From a virus, in the IMG/VR virus record IMGVR_UViG_3300002835_000026: DNA of 64,000 nt; one strand, written 5' to 3'. Position 1 is the stretch's first letter. The number at the start of each line of letters is the position of its first letter. A program made the position numbers and the translations under genes. Shown piece by piece: positions 22,629 to 32,388 of this stretch. Under the pieces are notes generated by a model. It ran no database searches, was not told where the DNA came from, and was given only the letters and a program-made list of their open reading frames with translations.

Positions 22629-23484
22629 ATTGTATTTCGTTTGTTGGGTTTGTTATTGTTGATTCTAAATTTATAATTATTTTACTCTTACTTGAAAATT
22701 TCTTGATAGAGTTTAAATCTTTTTGTAATACTTCTGGAACTATATAACCATATACTTTAATATTAAAAGTACTTCTAACTAATCGTTCAGCGTCATTTTG
22801 TAATTCTGTTACTGTATTAAATGTATCAATACGAGTTTGGAATTGAAATTGTTCTGGGTTACCCCAATACGCATCTGAAGCATATTCAATTGCTTCTACT
22901 ATTTTATTTAATTGTTCTACATAGTAAGTAAATACTACACAACTATAAGTTAATGTTAAGTAATCAGGTACTACTGAAGCATAATATGTAGTAGTTGGTA
23001 TTCTGTTAGTTAAAACATTAAAATTACTATATATATTACTTGGAGAGTATTGTTTTTCTGTTACTGTATAGTTGTTAGGTCTATTAGCATCTAATTTATT
23101 AGCTACAGTCCTATTTTTTTCTATACTATCTCTTTTAAACATAATAAGTGGAGCCATAATAGCACCGTTTACATCTCTATAATAACCATCCTTTTGATAT
23201 GATTTCCATTTTTCAGGTGAACCATATATAACAGGAACTTCTATTCTTTCTTCATTTTGCACTACAAAAGGTTTAATAACATTTTGAAAATAATACATAA
23301 TAGCTCCATCAATATCTTGAAGACTAATACTAAATGGTTTAGTATTATCATTTCTAAAAGAAGTTTGTGTAGCTCTATTAGGATTATTAGACTTATTAGG
23401 GTTACCTCTTTCAACATCAAAAGGTACTTGTTGATCTACAAGTATCTCTTTTTGTGTTTTAGGTATAGGTATTCTTCCAGCCAT
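22612..23484 (-). CDS. Tail completion / sheath stabiliser (T4 gp15-like)
   Basis: [26 protein letters not shown]; position after the neck genes. Confidence 0.7.
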   Translation of the reverse strand: MAGRIPIPKTQKEILVDQQVPFDVERGNPNKSNNPNRATQTSFRNDNTKPFSISLQDIDGAIMYYFQNVIKPFVVQNEERIEVPVIYGSPEKWKSYQKDGYYRDVNGAIMAPLIMFKRDSIEKNRTVANKLDANRPNNYTVTEKQYSPSNIYSNFNVLTNRIPTTTYYASVVPDYLTLTYSCVVFTYYVEQLNKIVEAIEYASDAYWGNPEQFQFQTRIDTFNTVTELQNDAERLVRSTFNIKVYGYIVPEVLQKDLNSIKKFSSKSKIIINLESTITNPTNEIQYGQNQ

Positions 23485-24032
23485 TATAATCTTGCTTTAG
23501 TTATGTTTACTCTATCTTGTGGTACATAATGACAATCACAAACAATTGATTGATCCCAACCAAAGTTTTGTAATCCTGGATTTAAAGGATTTACATCATA
23601 TGGGTAATCAGGATCTTTGCCTACAAATTGTTGGTTTGAAATTACATTATCTACTTCAAAATATCCATTTTGATATAAAATAATATCTCCTACTTGTGGT
23701 ACTAAATTAGCTCCATAAAACTCAGTATCAATATTGTAGTCATAATTTTTATTTAATAAATCATCTTTTAAAAATGCTACTTTTATACCCCAAACTAAAT
23801 CAACACCTAAATCACTTGTAGGGAATGCTTGATCATTTCTTTCAAGTAAACAATCTAATAGAACTGGGCCAATATAAAATTTACCCTCTACATTTTCACC
23901 ATACATATTAACTCTAGTTTGACCTAGATTATATTTGTAATAAGCAACTTGTTGGGTAATAACATTACCCATTAATTCTCTATTAATAAATCTTAAAGCT
24001 GAAACATCTCTTATACTTCCAAATAATGCCAT
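23484..24032 (-). CDS. Neck/head-closure protein (T4 gp14-like)
   Basis: NMYGE, PQVGDIILY..YFEVDNV; synteny. Confidence 0.65.
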   Translation of the reverse strand: MALFGSIRDVSALRFINRELMGNVITQQVAYYKYNLGQTRVNMYGENVEGKFYIGPVLLDCLLERNDQAFPTSDLGVDLVWGIKVAFLKDDLLNKNYDYNIDTEFYGANLVPQVGDIILYQNGYFEVDNVISNQQFVGKDPDYPYDVNPLNPGLQNFGWDQSIVCDCHYVPQDRVNITKARL

Positions 24033-24033
24033 T

Positions 24034-25254
24034 TTATGCTATATAAATTACCATTGGTACTTGATTTATTTCTGTTACACGTGCTGCTGATTCAGCTGCT
24101 CTTCTTTCAAGCAATGCTTGACGTGAAGTTTGATCAAAATATTCTCTTAATCTTAAAATTAAAGCATCTTTAGTAGCTGTAGCTGAAGATAATAAATCTT
24201 GTTGATTTAAAGTTACTTCAGCATTAGGAATAGGAACAGTACTATATTTTCCTCTAACATATCCTAATATTTCTTTAGTTAATGCTAAAGTGTATTCATA
24301 TATCCAACTTCTACCTACTGAATTTAAAGCATTATAATTTGGATTAGTATAAGGTACATTTGATGTGTTAGTAATTTTATTTGTACCATCTCCAAACGCT
24401 GAATCTAATCTTTCTTGTAATGAAACATATTCAAAATTTAAATACATTCCGTAATCTAAATTATTATCCATTTCTTCATTAAAAAATCCAGTTCCAGGAA
24501 CTGGAAACACTGAGATTACATTATTTGTAATTTCAAAAGTATAATTAGATAAGGTTATAGTGTTTTGCATCTCAATAGCTTGAATAGTTTGAGCTGTAAA
24601 ACTTGTAGGCATCATTAAATAATTTGTATAACCCATACCTAAACCATAAGCACCAGCCGCTGGGACTCCGCCTAAACCTCCTGCCATTGTTCCTAAGAAA
24701 GGAGCAAACATTTGAGATACAGCTGGAGGTGGTTGGTAAAATACTCTTTTAATTTCAATTCCACCTACAATACCTTGAGACTCAGCCCAAGCTTTTAAAT
24801 CATATCTTTGTACTCCTGGAATTAAAGTTAATCTACCTTTTCTCCAAGTAACGTTACCTCCTGAACCTGCTTCTTCTCCATATTGTTCAGATAATCTAAC
24901 AATATTAGCCATTGAAGGAGTAATTAATGCATTATCAGCATCAATAGAAGTTGAAGCTCCTTCAAATGTAAGATAATTATCTCTAGTTAAAAAAGCATAT
25001 AATTCATTTCCATATGTAGTAACTGCTTCTTCAAAAGCAGCATATATGTTAATATCTTGAAGTTCAATATCCATAATAGGATATCCTAATCTACGAGTAA
25101 CAAACATAGCTACACTATCAGCGTCTGTTTTAAATTGAGTCTCATTATCATAAAATCCAAACGGAGTAGGAGGAATTCCTGATGAAGGAGTATTATAATA
25201 AGATGCTGATACTTGAGCAAATGAACTAGAACCAGGCCAAATAGGTATATTCAT
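24034..25254 (-). CDS. Neck/head-tail adaptor protein (T4 gp13-like)
   Basis: RRLGYPIMDIEL, WIYEYTLALTKEILGYVRGKY..PIPNAEVTLN. Confidence 0.75.
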   Translation of the reverse strand: MNIPIWPGSSSFAQVSASYYNTPSSGIPPTPFGFYDNETQFKTDADSVAMFVTRRLGYPIMDIELQDINIYAAFEEAVTTYGNELYAFLTRDNYLTFEGASTSIDADNALITPSMANIVRLSEQYGEEAGSGGNVTWRKGRLTLIPGVQRYDLKAWAESQGIVGGIEIKRVFYQPPPAVSQMFAPFLGTMAGGLGGVPAAGAYGLGMGYTNYLMMPTSFTAQTIQAIEMQNTITLSNYTFEITNNVISVFPVPGTGFFNEEMDNNLDYGMYLNFEYVSLQERLDSAFGDGTNKITNTSNVPYTNPNYNALNSVGRSWIYEYTLALTKEILGYVRGKYSTVPIPNAEVTLNQQDLLSSATATKDALILRLREYFDQTSRQALLERRAAESAARVTEINQVPMVIYIA

Positions 25255-25263
25255 ATTATTTTA

Positions 25264-25698
25264 TTAAATAGTTACAATGTAATATTCTATTGAAGCTGCG
25301 CTTGATGAAGGTTGTGCTTTAACTGACTGAATATCACTAAAATTAAAACTACCAGTACCAACACTTACACTTCCTGTCATTTTACTTGTAGATATCATAT
25401 ATGAACTACCTGTAGCAATTAAATAACTCATAGCTTCTGTTGAAGAAGATACAATTAATTTAATTGGTGTAACAGTTGAATTGTTAGTTACTCTAACATA
25501 CTGAACACTACTTGTTACAAATGTTCCAGCACCTGGTACTGAATCCATTGAAAATAATGTAGTAACTGAGCTAGTAGGGATACTAAGGATTCTGTTATCT
25601 ACAAAATTAACATTGTTAATGGTGTTAGTAACAGAAGATCCTACGTTATCTCCATTTAATGTTAAAATTTCAAATATTTGGGAAGTGAAAGTTGCCAT
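25264..25698 (-). CDS. Ser/Thr-rich beta-type structural protein (144 aa)
   Basis: Composition, VQYVRVTN motif and location in the head-neck region. Confidence 0.6.
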   Translation of the reverse strand: MATFTSQIFEILTLNGDNVGSSVTNTINNVNFVDNRILSIPTSSVTTLFSMDSVPGAGTFVTSSVQYVRVTNNSTVTPIKLIVSSSTEAMSYLIATGSSYMISTSKMTGSVSVGTGSFNFSDIQSVKAQPSSSAASIEYYIVTI

Positions 25699-25708
25699 GC
25701 CTTTTAAT

Positions 25709-25717
25709 TATAAATAT
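25709..25717 (-). promoter_or_regulatory. Putative late promoter motif ATATTTATA
   Basis: 10 nt upstream of the ATG at 25698. Confidence 0.55.
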
Positions 25718-25734
25718 CAAAAAAATATGGTTCC

Positions 25735-26448
25735 TTACTTAACTTTAACATTGGTCATGCCTCTTTCGTAAGCATCATTATATAATTCAATTAAGTCTTC
25801 AACTATTGGATTTCTATGGTTAGTAGTTAATTTAATTCCAATCAAGTTTTTAATTTTTGACGCAGCTGTGTATAAAAATTTAAATCCAGAGTCACGTTTA
25901 TTTTTTAAATCTACTTGATTATCATCACCACATACTATCATTTTAGAATCAATACCAATACGAGTAACAATCATTTCCATTTGTTCATGGGTTACGTTTT
26001 GAGCTTCATCTACAATAACAATTGAGTTAACAAATGTTCTACCACGCATAAATGATACAGGTACAATTTCTATATTACCTTCGGCTATATGTTTTTCTAT
26101 AGCAACTTTATCATATAGTAAAAACATATTTTGATAAATTGGTTGAACCCAAGGATCCATTTTTTCTCTTAAATCACCAGGTAAAAAACCAATTTCTTCT
26201 TTTGACACTGTAGGTCTAGTAATAATTACTTTTTCTACTTCTTTCATAAATAGCTTTTCTAATGCTATCTGACATGCTAATAAGGTTTTACCTGAACCTG
26301 CTGAACCAGCTAATAATGTAACTGTATTATTTAAAATTTTTTCTTTTGCTTGCTTCTGTTCTTCGTTTAATTGAATTTTAAATTTAATAGGAGTTTTAGG
26401 TTTACGTTTTTCTTTGAAGATCTCGTCCTCATGATGATTTGAACTCAT
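25735..26448 (-). CDS. phoH: PhoH-family ATPase
   Basis: GSAGSGKT, ITRP, GFLPGDLREKMDPW, FMRGRTF, IVDEAQN, GDDNQVDL, HRNPIV. Confidence 0.95.
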   Translation of the reverse strand: MSSNHHEDEIFKEKRKPKTPIKFKIQLNEEQKQAKEKILNNTVTLLAGSAGSGKTLLACQIALEKLFMKEVEKVIITRPTVSKEEIGFLPGDLREKMDPWVQPIYQNMFLLYDKVAIEKHIAEGNIEIVPVSFMRGRTFVNSIVIVDEAQNVTHEQMEMIVTRIGIDSKMIVCGDDNQVDLKNKRDSGFKFLYTAASKIKNLIGIKLTTNHRNPIVEDLIELYNDAYERGMTNVKVK

Positions 26449-26615
26449 AATACAGTCGTTTAGTGAATAAAATTGTTGATTTGTTGATTAGCCCGTCTAA
26501 TACAGCGGGTAAATATGAGATAATATAGTTGTGTATATTAATATTCAAATTGATAATAAGCGGTATTTTAGCAATATTTCCACTCATAAAACTTATTAGT
26601 TTTCAATACATATAG

Positions 26616-26646
26616 ACAAAAAAAGGACTCGCAATGCGAGTCCCTT
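26616..26646 (-). terminator. Intrinsic terminator after the major capsid gene
   Basis: GGACTCGC/GCGAGTCC stem followed by a T run on the minus strand. Confidence 0.85.
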
Positions 26647-26669
26647 CTTTTTATTCTATTAATTTAGAA

Positions 26670-28346
26670 TTAAATAGTATTTAATCCTTGGATATAGATC
26701 TTACCATAAAATTCTGGTCTTAACATTTTCTTAGCGTAACGAGTTAATAAACCTTTACGTGGAGTAAATGTATCTGGATCGTACACAAGTGGAGTCATAA
26801 TTAATGGAACATATGGAGCAAATACAGCACCAGCTTCTAAGAATTGTGAACCTCTGTAACCTAATAACATGATATTTTCAGTCATGTAAGGGTTTTTGTA
26901 AACTGTGTAACGGCCATTTAATTGACCTGCTTTTTGTACACCGAAAGCGTATTCCATTTGAGCAGCATCACCATTGTTGTTAGAAGCAAATCCTGGGATT
27001 GATTCTAATACTGTAGCTACAGTTGGAGATGTAACGATGAAGTTAGCACCACCTCTTAAAGTTAATTGGTGAATTTTGTTGCTTAATTTTTGGATTTTAG
27101 TTCCTAAAGTTTGGAACCATTGGCCTTGTGTGTTGTAGAACGCTGAACCAGCTGTTGAGAAAGTAGCTGTAGCTGGGTTGTAAACGTTGTTGTTAACTGT
27201 TGACCAGTACTCAGTACCCGCAGCAGCATCTTCGATCAACATATCTAAGATTTCAAGATCAATTTCCATTGAAATGTACTCAGACATGATGTTTGTTACT
27301 TCAGCTTCAGCATCAATGTTTTGGTAAGCAGCTAAATCTTGTGAGAATTCAGGTGTCCATACTGCTTTCAATTTTTTAGTTTTAGCAGTGATGGCTTGTG
27401 ATTGCATTTTAACATTAATCTCAGGAATAACGATAGATGAGTTATCTTGAGCATTTGGAACTGCGAATGATGACGAATCTTCAAAATCACCTACGTTATA
27501 CGGGCTCATTTGAGTAGCTTTGTTATACAAAATTGTATAAGCACCTGAGTTAGCAATTGTAGCTGAAGAAGCACTCACAAAGAATGTAATAGTGTTGTTT
27601 GTGTAATCAAATGTAGTAAACTGTTGTAAGTTATTAGCAGCAGTAATAGCTGAACCTGATAAAATTAAGAAACCTCTAACAGCATCCATATCAAATGAAG
27701 GGATGTTTGTAGAAGCAGTTACTAATGTGATTGCTTTGATTTGACCTGCAGCAACTGAAGCTGAGTAATCTGAATCAAAGTTAGTTGTAGCTAACGTACC
27801 TGAAACGATAAGTGAACCAGTTGCAATTGTGATTGCCGATGATGAGAATTGGTTGGTAGAGTAAGTGAAACGACCTGTTCCGTATAAACCACCTGATGGT
27901 GCTGGAGTTGCAAACGGGAATTCACCTGTTGCATTTCTGTTACCATACAATGAACTACCTACTGCAAATGGATCTTTAGCTGTTCCGTATTGGAAGTCTA
28001 AGAAGAACACAAGACCTGAAGGCATTGACATTGGTTGAACTGAAACAAATTCTTTTGCTGCAATTTGAGCAAATACTTTACGTACTAAAGGTAAAGCAAT
28101 ACCAGCCCAGTTTTCTGATTGACCAACAGAGAATGAACCTGCTGATGAACCTCCACCTGTATCTGATTGTTCCATAACTAATTGCTTAGCTTGGTTTTCT
28201 AATAATAAAGACATGTTGTTTGCCTCTACATTTGTTAAGCCTTCTAATAGACCCGTTTTGTTCCATTTAGAAGACAATTTAGCTGCATCGCTTTGGAGTG
28301 ATTTCCAAGGACTAGCTGATTCTAATAATGATTGAATTGTGCTCAT
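26670..28346 (-). CDS. Major capsid protein (T4 gp23-like)
   Basis: KW..TGLLEG, LLENQ, LPLVRKVF, VSVQPM..PSGLVFFL, AKTKKLKAVWTPEFSQDL, EIDLEIL, GAVFAPYVPL, FTPRKGLLTRY. Confidence 0.97.
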   Translation of the reverse strand: MSTIQSLLESASPWKSLQSDAAKLSSKWNKTGLLEGLTNVEANNMSLLLENQAKQLVMEQSDTGGGSSAGSFSVGQSENWAGIALPLVRKVFAQIAAKEFVSVQPMSMPSGLVFFLDFQYGTAKDPFAVGSSLYGNRNATGEFPFATPAPSGGLYGTGRFTYSTNQFSSSAITIATGSLIVSGTLATTNFDSDYSASVAAGQIKAITLVTASTNIPSFDMDAVRGFLILSGSAITAANNLQQFTTFDYTNNTITFFVSASSATIANSGAYTILYNKATQMSPYNVGDFEDSSSFAVPNAQDNSSIVIPEINVKMQSQAITAKTKKLKAVWTPEFSQDLAAYQNIDAEAEVTNIMSEYISMEIDLEILDMLIEDAAAGTEYWSTVNNNVYNPATATFSTAGSAFYNTQGQWFQTLGTKIQKLSNKIHQLTLRGGANFIVTSPTVATVLESIPGFASNNNGDAAQMEYAFGVQKAGQLNGRYTVYKNPYMTENIMLLGYRGSQFLEAGAVFAPYVPLIMTPLVYDPDTFTPRKGLLTRYAKKMLRPEFYGKIYIQGLNTI

Positions 28347-28374
28347 TTTTTTTAAAATTTTTTTTTAAATTGTT

Positions 28375-29433
28375 TTATTTAATAATTCCTGCTATTTTTT
28401 GCATTCTTTTGAATGTGTCATTAACTTCTACAATAGGTTTTCTTGCCGATGGCATGATACCTGTTGTTTTAGATGCTAAACTAGTTTTCAATGATTCATT
28501 AACATGTGATTTAGAAGTTTCTTTTAAACCTTCTGATAATGTTTCGAATACTAATTTAGTTTCTTTTACTGTTGATGCTTTATCAAATGCATTTAAAACC
28601 TTTACTTTTTGTGACTCGGTTAAGTTTTTAGCTTTGAAAATTTTGTTAGTGTAAAGTAATTTCGCATTTAACAAATTAACTTCATTGATGTCAGTTCTCA
28701 TAGTAGCAATAGTTGACATAGCTTCTTCTAACTCTTTTTTAAGTTTAGTCATTTCTTCTTTGTCTTTCTTGTCTTCTTTGTCACCTTTTTTCTTAGCTTC
28801 GTCTAATGCGATTTCAGCTAAAATTTCATCAATTGAAACTTCTTCTTCTTCACTTTCCATTTCTTCGCCTTCTTCACCTTCCATGCCTTCACCAGCTTCT
28901 AATTCGCCAGATTCAACCATGTCTTTAATTACGTCTTCAATGAATGATTTTAACTCTTCTTCAGTCATGTCTTCAATGTTGATTTCTTCTTCAGTTTCAA
29001 CTTCTTCTTCACCTTCTGCTTCGTTTAATTCTTCTTTTTTCATTTCGTCGTCTTCAGCATGCATGTTTTCGTCTTTCATGTCTGCTTCTAATTCAGCTAA
29101 TAATTCGTCAAGATTAAGTTCATCTAATTCTTCTTCAGCTACATTACCATGTGCTGTTGGACCTTTTGGGTTGTTGATTAGATCTTCTTCTTCTTTAACT
29201 TCTTTGTAGCCCATTAAGTTTTCTTCTTTTTTAGAATACATTTCTTCCATATCATCCATCTCTGCTTCTTCAACATCCATTTCTTCCATTTCTGCAAGTT
29301 TAGCTGATAGCATAGATTTTAATTGTGGAGTAAAGTGTTCTTCAAGTGCTGCTTTTGCGCTTGCTATTGCTGTTTCTTTAACAACTTTAGCGTCTTCGAT
29401 TGCTTCTTTAAGCAAATCTCTGTTTTTACTCAT
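28375..29433 (-). CDS. Prohead core scaffold protein (acidic); start more likely 29433 (MSKNRDLLKEAI) than 29463
   Basis: Very Glu-rich coiled coil immediately upstream of the MCP; EVNLLNAKLLYTNK; C-terminus FKRMQKIAGIIK. Confidence 0.85.
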   Translation of the reverse strand: MSKNRDLLKEAIEDAKVVKETAIASAKAALEEHFTPQLKSMLSAKLAEMEEMDVEEAEMDDMEEMYSKKEENLMGYKEVKEEEDLINNPKGPTAHGNVAEEELDELNLDELLAELEADMKDENMHAEDDEMKKEELNEAEGEEEVETEEEINIEDMTEEELKSFIEDVIKDMVESGELEAGEGMEGEEGEEMESEEEEVSIDEILAEIALDEAKKKGDKEDKKDKEEMTKLKKELEEAMSTIATMRTDINEVNLLNAKLLYTNKIFKAKNLTESQKVKVLNAFDKASTVKETKLVFETLSEGLKETSKSHVNESLKTSLASKTTGIMPSARKPIVEVNDTFKRMQKIAGIIK

Positions 29434-29457
29434 TTGTCCTAAAATTTTGTTTGGGAA

Positions 29458-29524
29458 ATACACTTATTTAAAGTGTAATAGAATTGTTATTTATAGATAC
29501 TGCAAATGCGATTGCGGGCAGTAT
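29458..29524 (-). promoter_or_regulatory. Structured 5' leader of the scaffold/MCP transcript (two hairpins)
   Basis: ATACTGC...GCAGTAT (~29497-29524) and TACACTT-aaat-AAGTGTA-like (~29459-29477) stems downstream of an ATATGTATA motif variant at ~29532-29540. Confidence 0.4.
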
Positions 29525-29567
29525 ATTCTAATATACATATGTCCAGATTATCTAAAACACACAGAAG

Positions 29568-29598
29568 TGTAAAGAGAAAGCTCTTCTTTTGGAAGAGC
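29568..29598 (-). terminator. Probable intrinsic terminator after the nuclease gene
   Basis: GCTCTTC/GAAGAGC stem followed by TTTCTCTTT on the minus strand. Confidence 0.65.
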
Positions 29599-29604
29599 CA
29601 TGTT

Positions 29605-30198
29605 TTATTTACAATTACACTTAAACGTGTTTAAGTCTTTTGATGTAGGGGCAATGTTAAGAAAATAATAACAATACTTAGTGTTACCTACTTTTAATTC
29701 TTTATAGAATCCTTTAGGTATTGCCGCGTTTGTAGGTACACGTTTAGGTACTTTATCGTAATCTAATCTAACATATACTGATACAGTAGTTGTTTTTGCT
29801 TGTTCACGTTCCCATATTTCTAATGCTTTCCAAGGACCACGATTAAGTGATTGTTGTTGCATTGCTGAATTAATATAGGTAAATGTTGAGTATAACATTT
29901 CTTTAGTACAGTTAAATGAAGCAGCAGGAGCAATATGTCCTTTGTCCCACTCATTATTAACATAATCTTCGTTATCAGATGTTTTAATGTTTTTGTCTGT
30001 GTAGAATTCCATACCTGCTCTAGAAGCGGTACCTGTAGGACATTTAACAGTATAAGTAACCCATTTAGGTTGTTCTAAAATTTCAGAATATACAATACGA
30101 AAGTTAGGAGTTTGATAGTTAACACTATCTCTTAATTTAGTTTGTCCAAAAACTACTGTTGATAGGCAAACTAATATTACTAGAAATAAATTTTTCAT
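29605..30198 (-). CDS. DNA/RNA non-specific endonuclease (NucA/Serratia-type) with N-terminal signal peptide; start likely 30198
   Basis: MKNLFLVILVCLSTVVFG signal; PKWVTY, DY...WDKGHIAPAA, TF...N..MQ..SLNRGPWKALE, IPKGFYK. Confidence 0.9.
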   Translation of the reverse strand: MKNLFLVILVCLSTVVFGQTKLRDSVNYQTPNFRIVYSEILEQPKWVTYTVKCPTGTASRAGMEFYTDKNIKTSDNEDYVNNEWDKGHIAPAASFNCTKEMLYSTFTYINSAMQQQSLNRGPWKALEIWEREQAKTTTVSVYVRLDYDKVPKRVPTNAAIPKGFYKELKVGNTKYCYYFLNIAPTSKDLNTFKCNCK

Positions 30199-30199
30199 G

Positions 30200-30805
30200 T
30201 TAGAATAACGGACATGATCCATTAGCACATAGAATATCAGTAATAATTGAATTAATTTTACCGTATTGATTTGTACCTGGAGTATATGATTCGTTTAAGT
30301 TGGTTGGTTGCATCCATGAACCAGGATTAGAAGGTGTTGAAACAAAATCCCAACATAGTAATTCAAAGTCATCTTGTACTTCCATTACATTACCTTTTTG
30401 TTCTAACGAACCCATTCCTCTTGATGATACACCTACTGTAATACCACTTTCAATTAATGCTTTTAAGATGTTACCAGATGGAGTAGGTAAAATTTCAATT
30501 AAACCCATTACATTATCTCCATTCCACCAGCATTTTTTAATATTATGTGAAACATTTTTTAAGTTAATAATTGAAGAATCTGGGTGGTCTAATTCACCTA
30601 ATGCTCTGTTTTCTCGAACTGATTCCATGTAGCGATCCATTTCACGTTCCCATAATTCTTTAGCGTAATATCTACCATTACCGTTTTTTACTTCGACAGT
30701 AGCTAACACACCTTCTACTAATATGTTACCTCCAGGATTAGTTCCTTCAGTTAACCTAACAGCTTTAGGAGAAAATAATTGTGTTTCAATTAATACTTGT
30801 CTCAT
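30200..30805 (-). CDS. Prohead core protease (T4 gp21-like)
   Basis: KNGNGRYY, ALGELDHP, NVSH, TPSGNIL, GVSSRGMGSL, WDFVSTPS. Confidence 0.95.
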   Translation of the reverse strand: MRQVLIETQLFSPKAVRLTEGTNPGGNILVEGVLATVEVKNGNGRYYAKELWEREMDRYMESVRENRALGELDHPDSSIINLKNVSHNIKKCWWNGDNVMGLIEILPTPSGNILKALIESGITVGVSSRGMGSLEQKGNVMEVQDDFELLCWDFVSTPSNPGSWMQPTNLNESYTPGTNQYGKINSIITDILCANGSCPLF

Positions 30806-30811
30806 ATTACG

Positions 30812-32149
30812 TTAATTTGTATTTCTATTACTTATAATTTTTTCAATTGCATTTTTTCTTCCTCCAAATCCCTTAACACCTTGACCACTTAATATATCTC
30901 TTAATTCATCATCTGTTATATTACGATCATTAATTTGCTTTTGGTATTTCATTAACAACATGTTTTCAGATCTATTATCTGCCTCTTTACCTAACTCTTC
31001 AGGTGATCGCTTTAATGGTGTTACATCTGGGTTTGAAGAAGGTCTTGATAATATATCTCGGTCATGAATACCTTCTTTAATAGTTTTAGCTTTAGGTAAA
31101 TCACCATATCCGCTTGACTTATATTTACCTTTAGGTGCAATTGTTAATTTTTCAGTTTTAAATCCTACTCCTTTAGTTCCAAACATAGCATTTTTAGCAT
31201 AATAGTTTATGTCTTTAACCATGTTTTTAAGTACAATTTGTTTTAACTCATCAACTGTTTTAGTTTTGTTTTTAGGATCTTTCATTTCAGCATAGTAGCC
31301 ATTTAAGAAAGATGTACCATAAACATTATCAATATTTTTCTTATCTTCAGTATTATATTGATCAGCTAAATCTTTTTTAACTTGTTTAGATGGTTTTTTA
31401 AACTCATCATAATCACCATATAGTTTTCTATTTGGAACACCAATGACTTCTGATAATGTTTCTTCTTTAACTGGTCTTAACAACATTGGTTTAGTTACAA
31501 ATAACTCTCTACCATCTTCTGTCTTGCCTTTAATTTGTTTAATTTTGCCATCTACTTTATCTACTAAAGTAATTTCTACTTTATCATCACCAATCATAGC
31601 TTTATCACCAACTTTAACTTTAGAGCCAAATGATAAATCACTATGTGAAGTACCTAATACATCACCTTCATTTGTATTTAAAAGAGGTTTTATATCTTGT
31701 GTAAATATTTCAGTTTCAGTGAATTTCTTTCCATCAGCCATTATAATCATATCAAGATCTTCTTTTTTAAGTTCTCCTGATTTAAGAGCATTAAATAAAT
31801 CAATAGCTCTAGTGATGTTTTTATCATTTAATAATTTAGCACCTCCATTACGCTTTATCATACCTACAGCCTGCCCAAAGGGACCATCAGAAGCTGAAGT
31901 CATATCTACTGCCTCATTACTTGTATTTTCTCTAAAAATTTCTAACCAAGATGATGATGGTTTGTGACTAATTACACCACCAATACCTTCACTTAAAATA
32001 CTTTTTGATTTAAGTACACTTATAGTTGTATTATAATCAGAATATTGATTAATATAATTTGGAAATAAAATTCTTGCTTGTTTTAAGAAATGATCTTTGT
32101 TTCCTTTTCCTTCTTTAATAAGGATGTATTGTTCTTGTAATGTTTTCAT
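30812..32149 (-). CDS. Hypothetical head-module protein (445 aa), candidate internal protein
   Basis: Lies between portal and protease; begins MKTLQEQY; contains multiple L/I-x-E sites. Confidence 0.65.
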   Translation of the reverse strand: MKTLQEQYILIKEGKGNKDHFLKQARILFPNYINQYSDYNTTISVLKSKSILSEGIGGVISHKPSSSWLEIFRENTSNEAVDMTSASDGPFGQAVGMIKRNGGAKLLNDKNITRAIDLFNALKSGELKKEDLDMIIMADGKKFTETEIFTQDIKPLLNTNEGDVLGTSHSDLSFGSKVKVGDKAMIGDDKVEITLVDKVDGKIKQIKGKTEDGRELFVTKPMLLRPVKEETLSEVIGVPNRKLYGDYDEFKKPSKQVKKDLADQYNTEDKKNIDNVYGTSFLNGYYAEMKDPKNKTKTVDELKQIVLKNMVKDINYYAKNAMFGTKGVGFKTEKLTIAPKGKYKSSGYGDLPKAKTIKEGIHDRDILSRPSSNPDVTPLKRSPEELGKEADNRSENMLLMKYQKQINDRNITDDELRDILSGQGVKGFGGRKNAIEKIISNRNTN

Positions 32150-32162
32150 TTATAATGAGTTA

Positions 32163-32387
32163 TTAATTGTAAAATAATACTGCTCCTGATGATAAAGAAG
32201 CACTAGTTACATAAATAGGAACAGTGAATCCAGCGGGTACAACCCAAGGAGTTGTTAATGGAGATCCATTAAAATCTTTTATACCAGTGAATGTAGCTGA
32301 TCCTGATACTACTGTAAAGCCAGCGTATGAACCAGTGATTGATGTTGTAGTTACTATTCCGGTTGTATTAACAGGTATATTTGCCAT
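32163..32387 (-). CDS. Small Ser/Thr/Gly-rich structural protein (74 aa), possible decoration protein
   Basis: Beta-rich composition with TGS/SGS/SAS motifs, located in the head module. Confidence 0.55.
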   Translation of the reverse strand: MANIPVNTTGIVTTTSITGSYAGFTVVSGSATFTGIKDFNGSPLTTPWVVPAGFTVPIYVTSASLSSGAVLFYN

Positions 32388-32388
32388 A

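Noticed and set aside
29434-30228. ORF-track starts at 29463 (scaffold) and 30228 (nuclease)
   Set aside because: The downstream ATGs fit better: 29433 avoids the leader hairpin, and 30198 exposes the signal peptide and avoids overlap with the protease.
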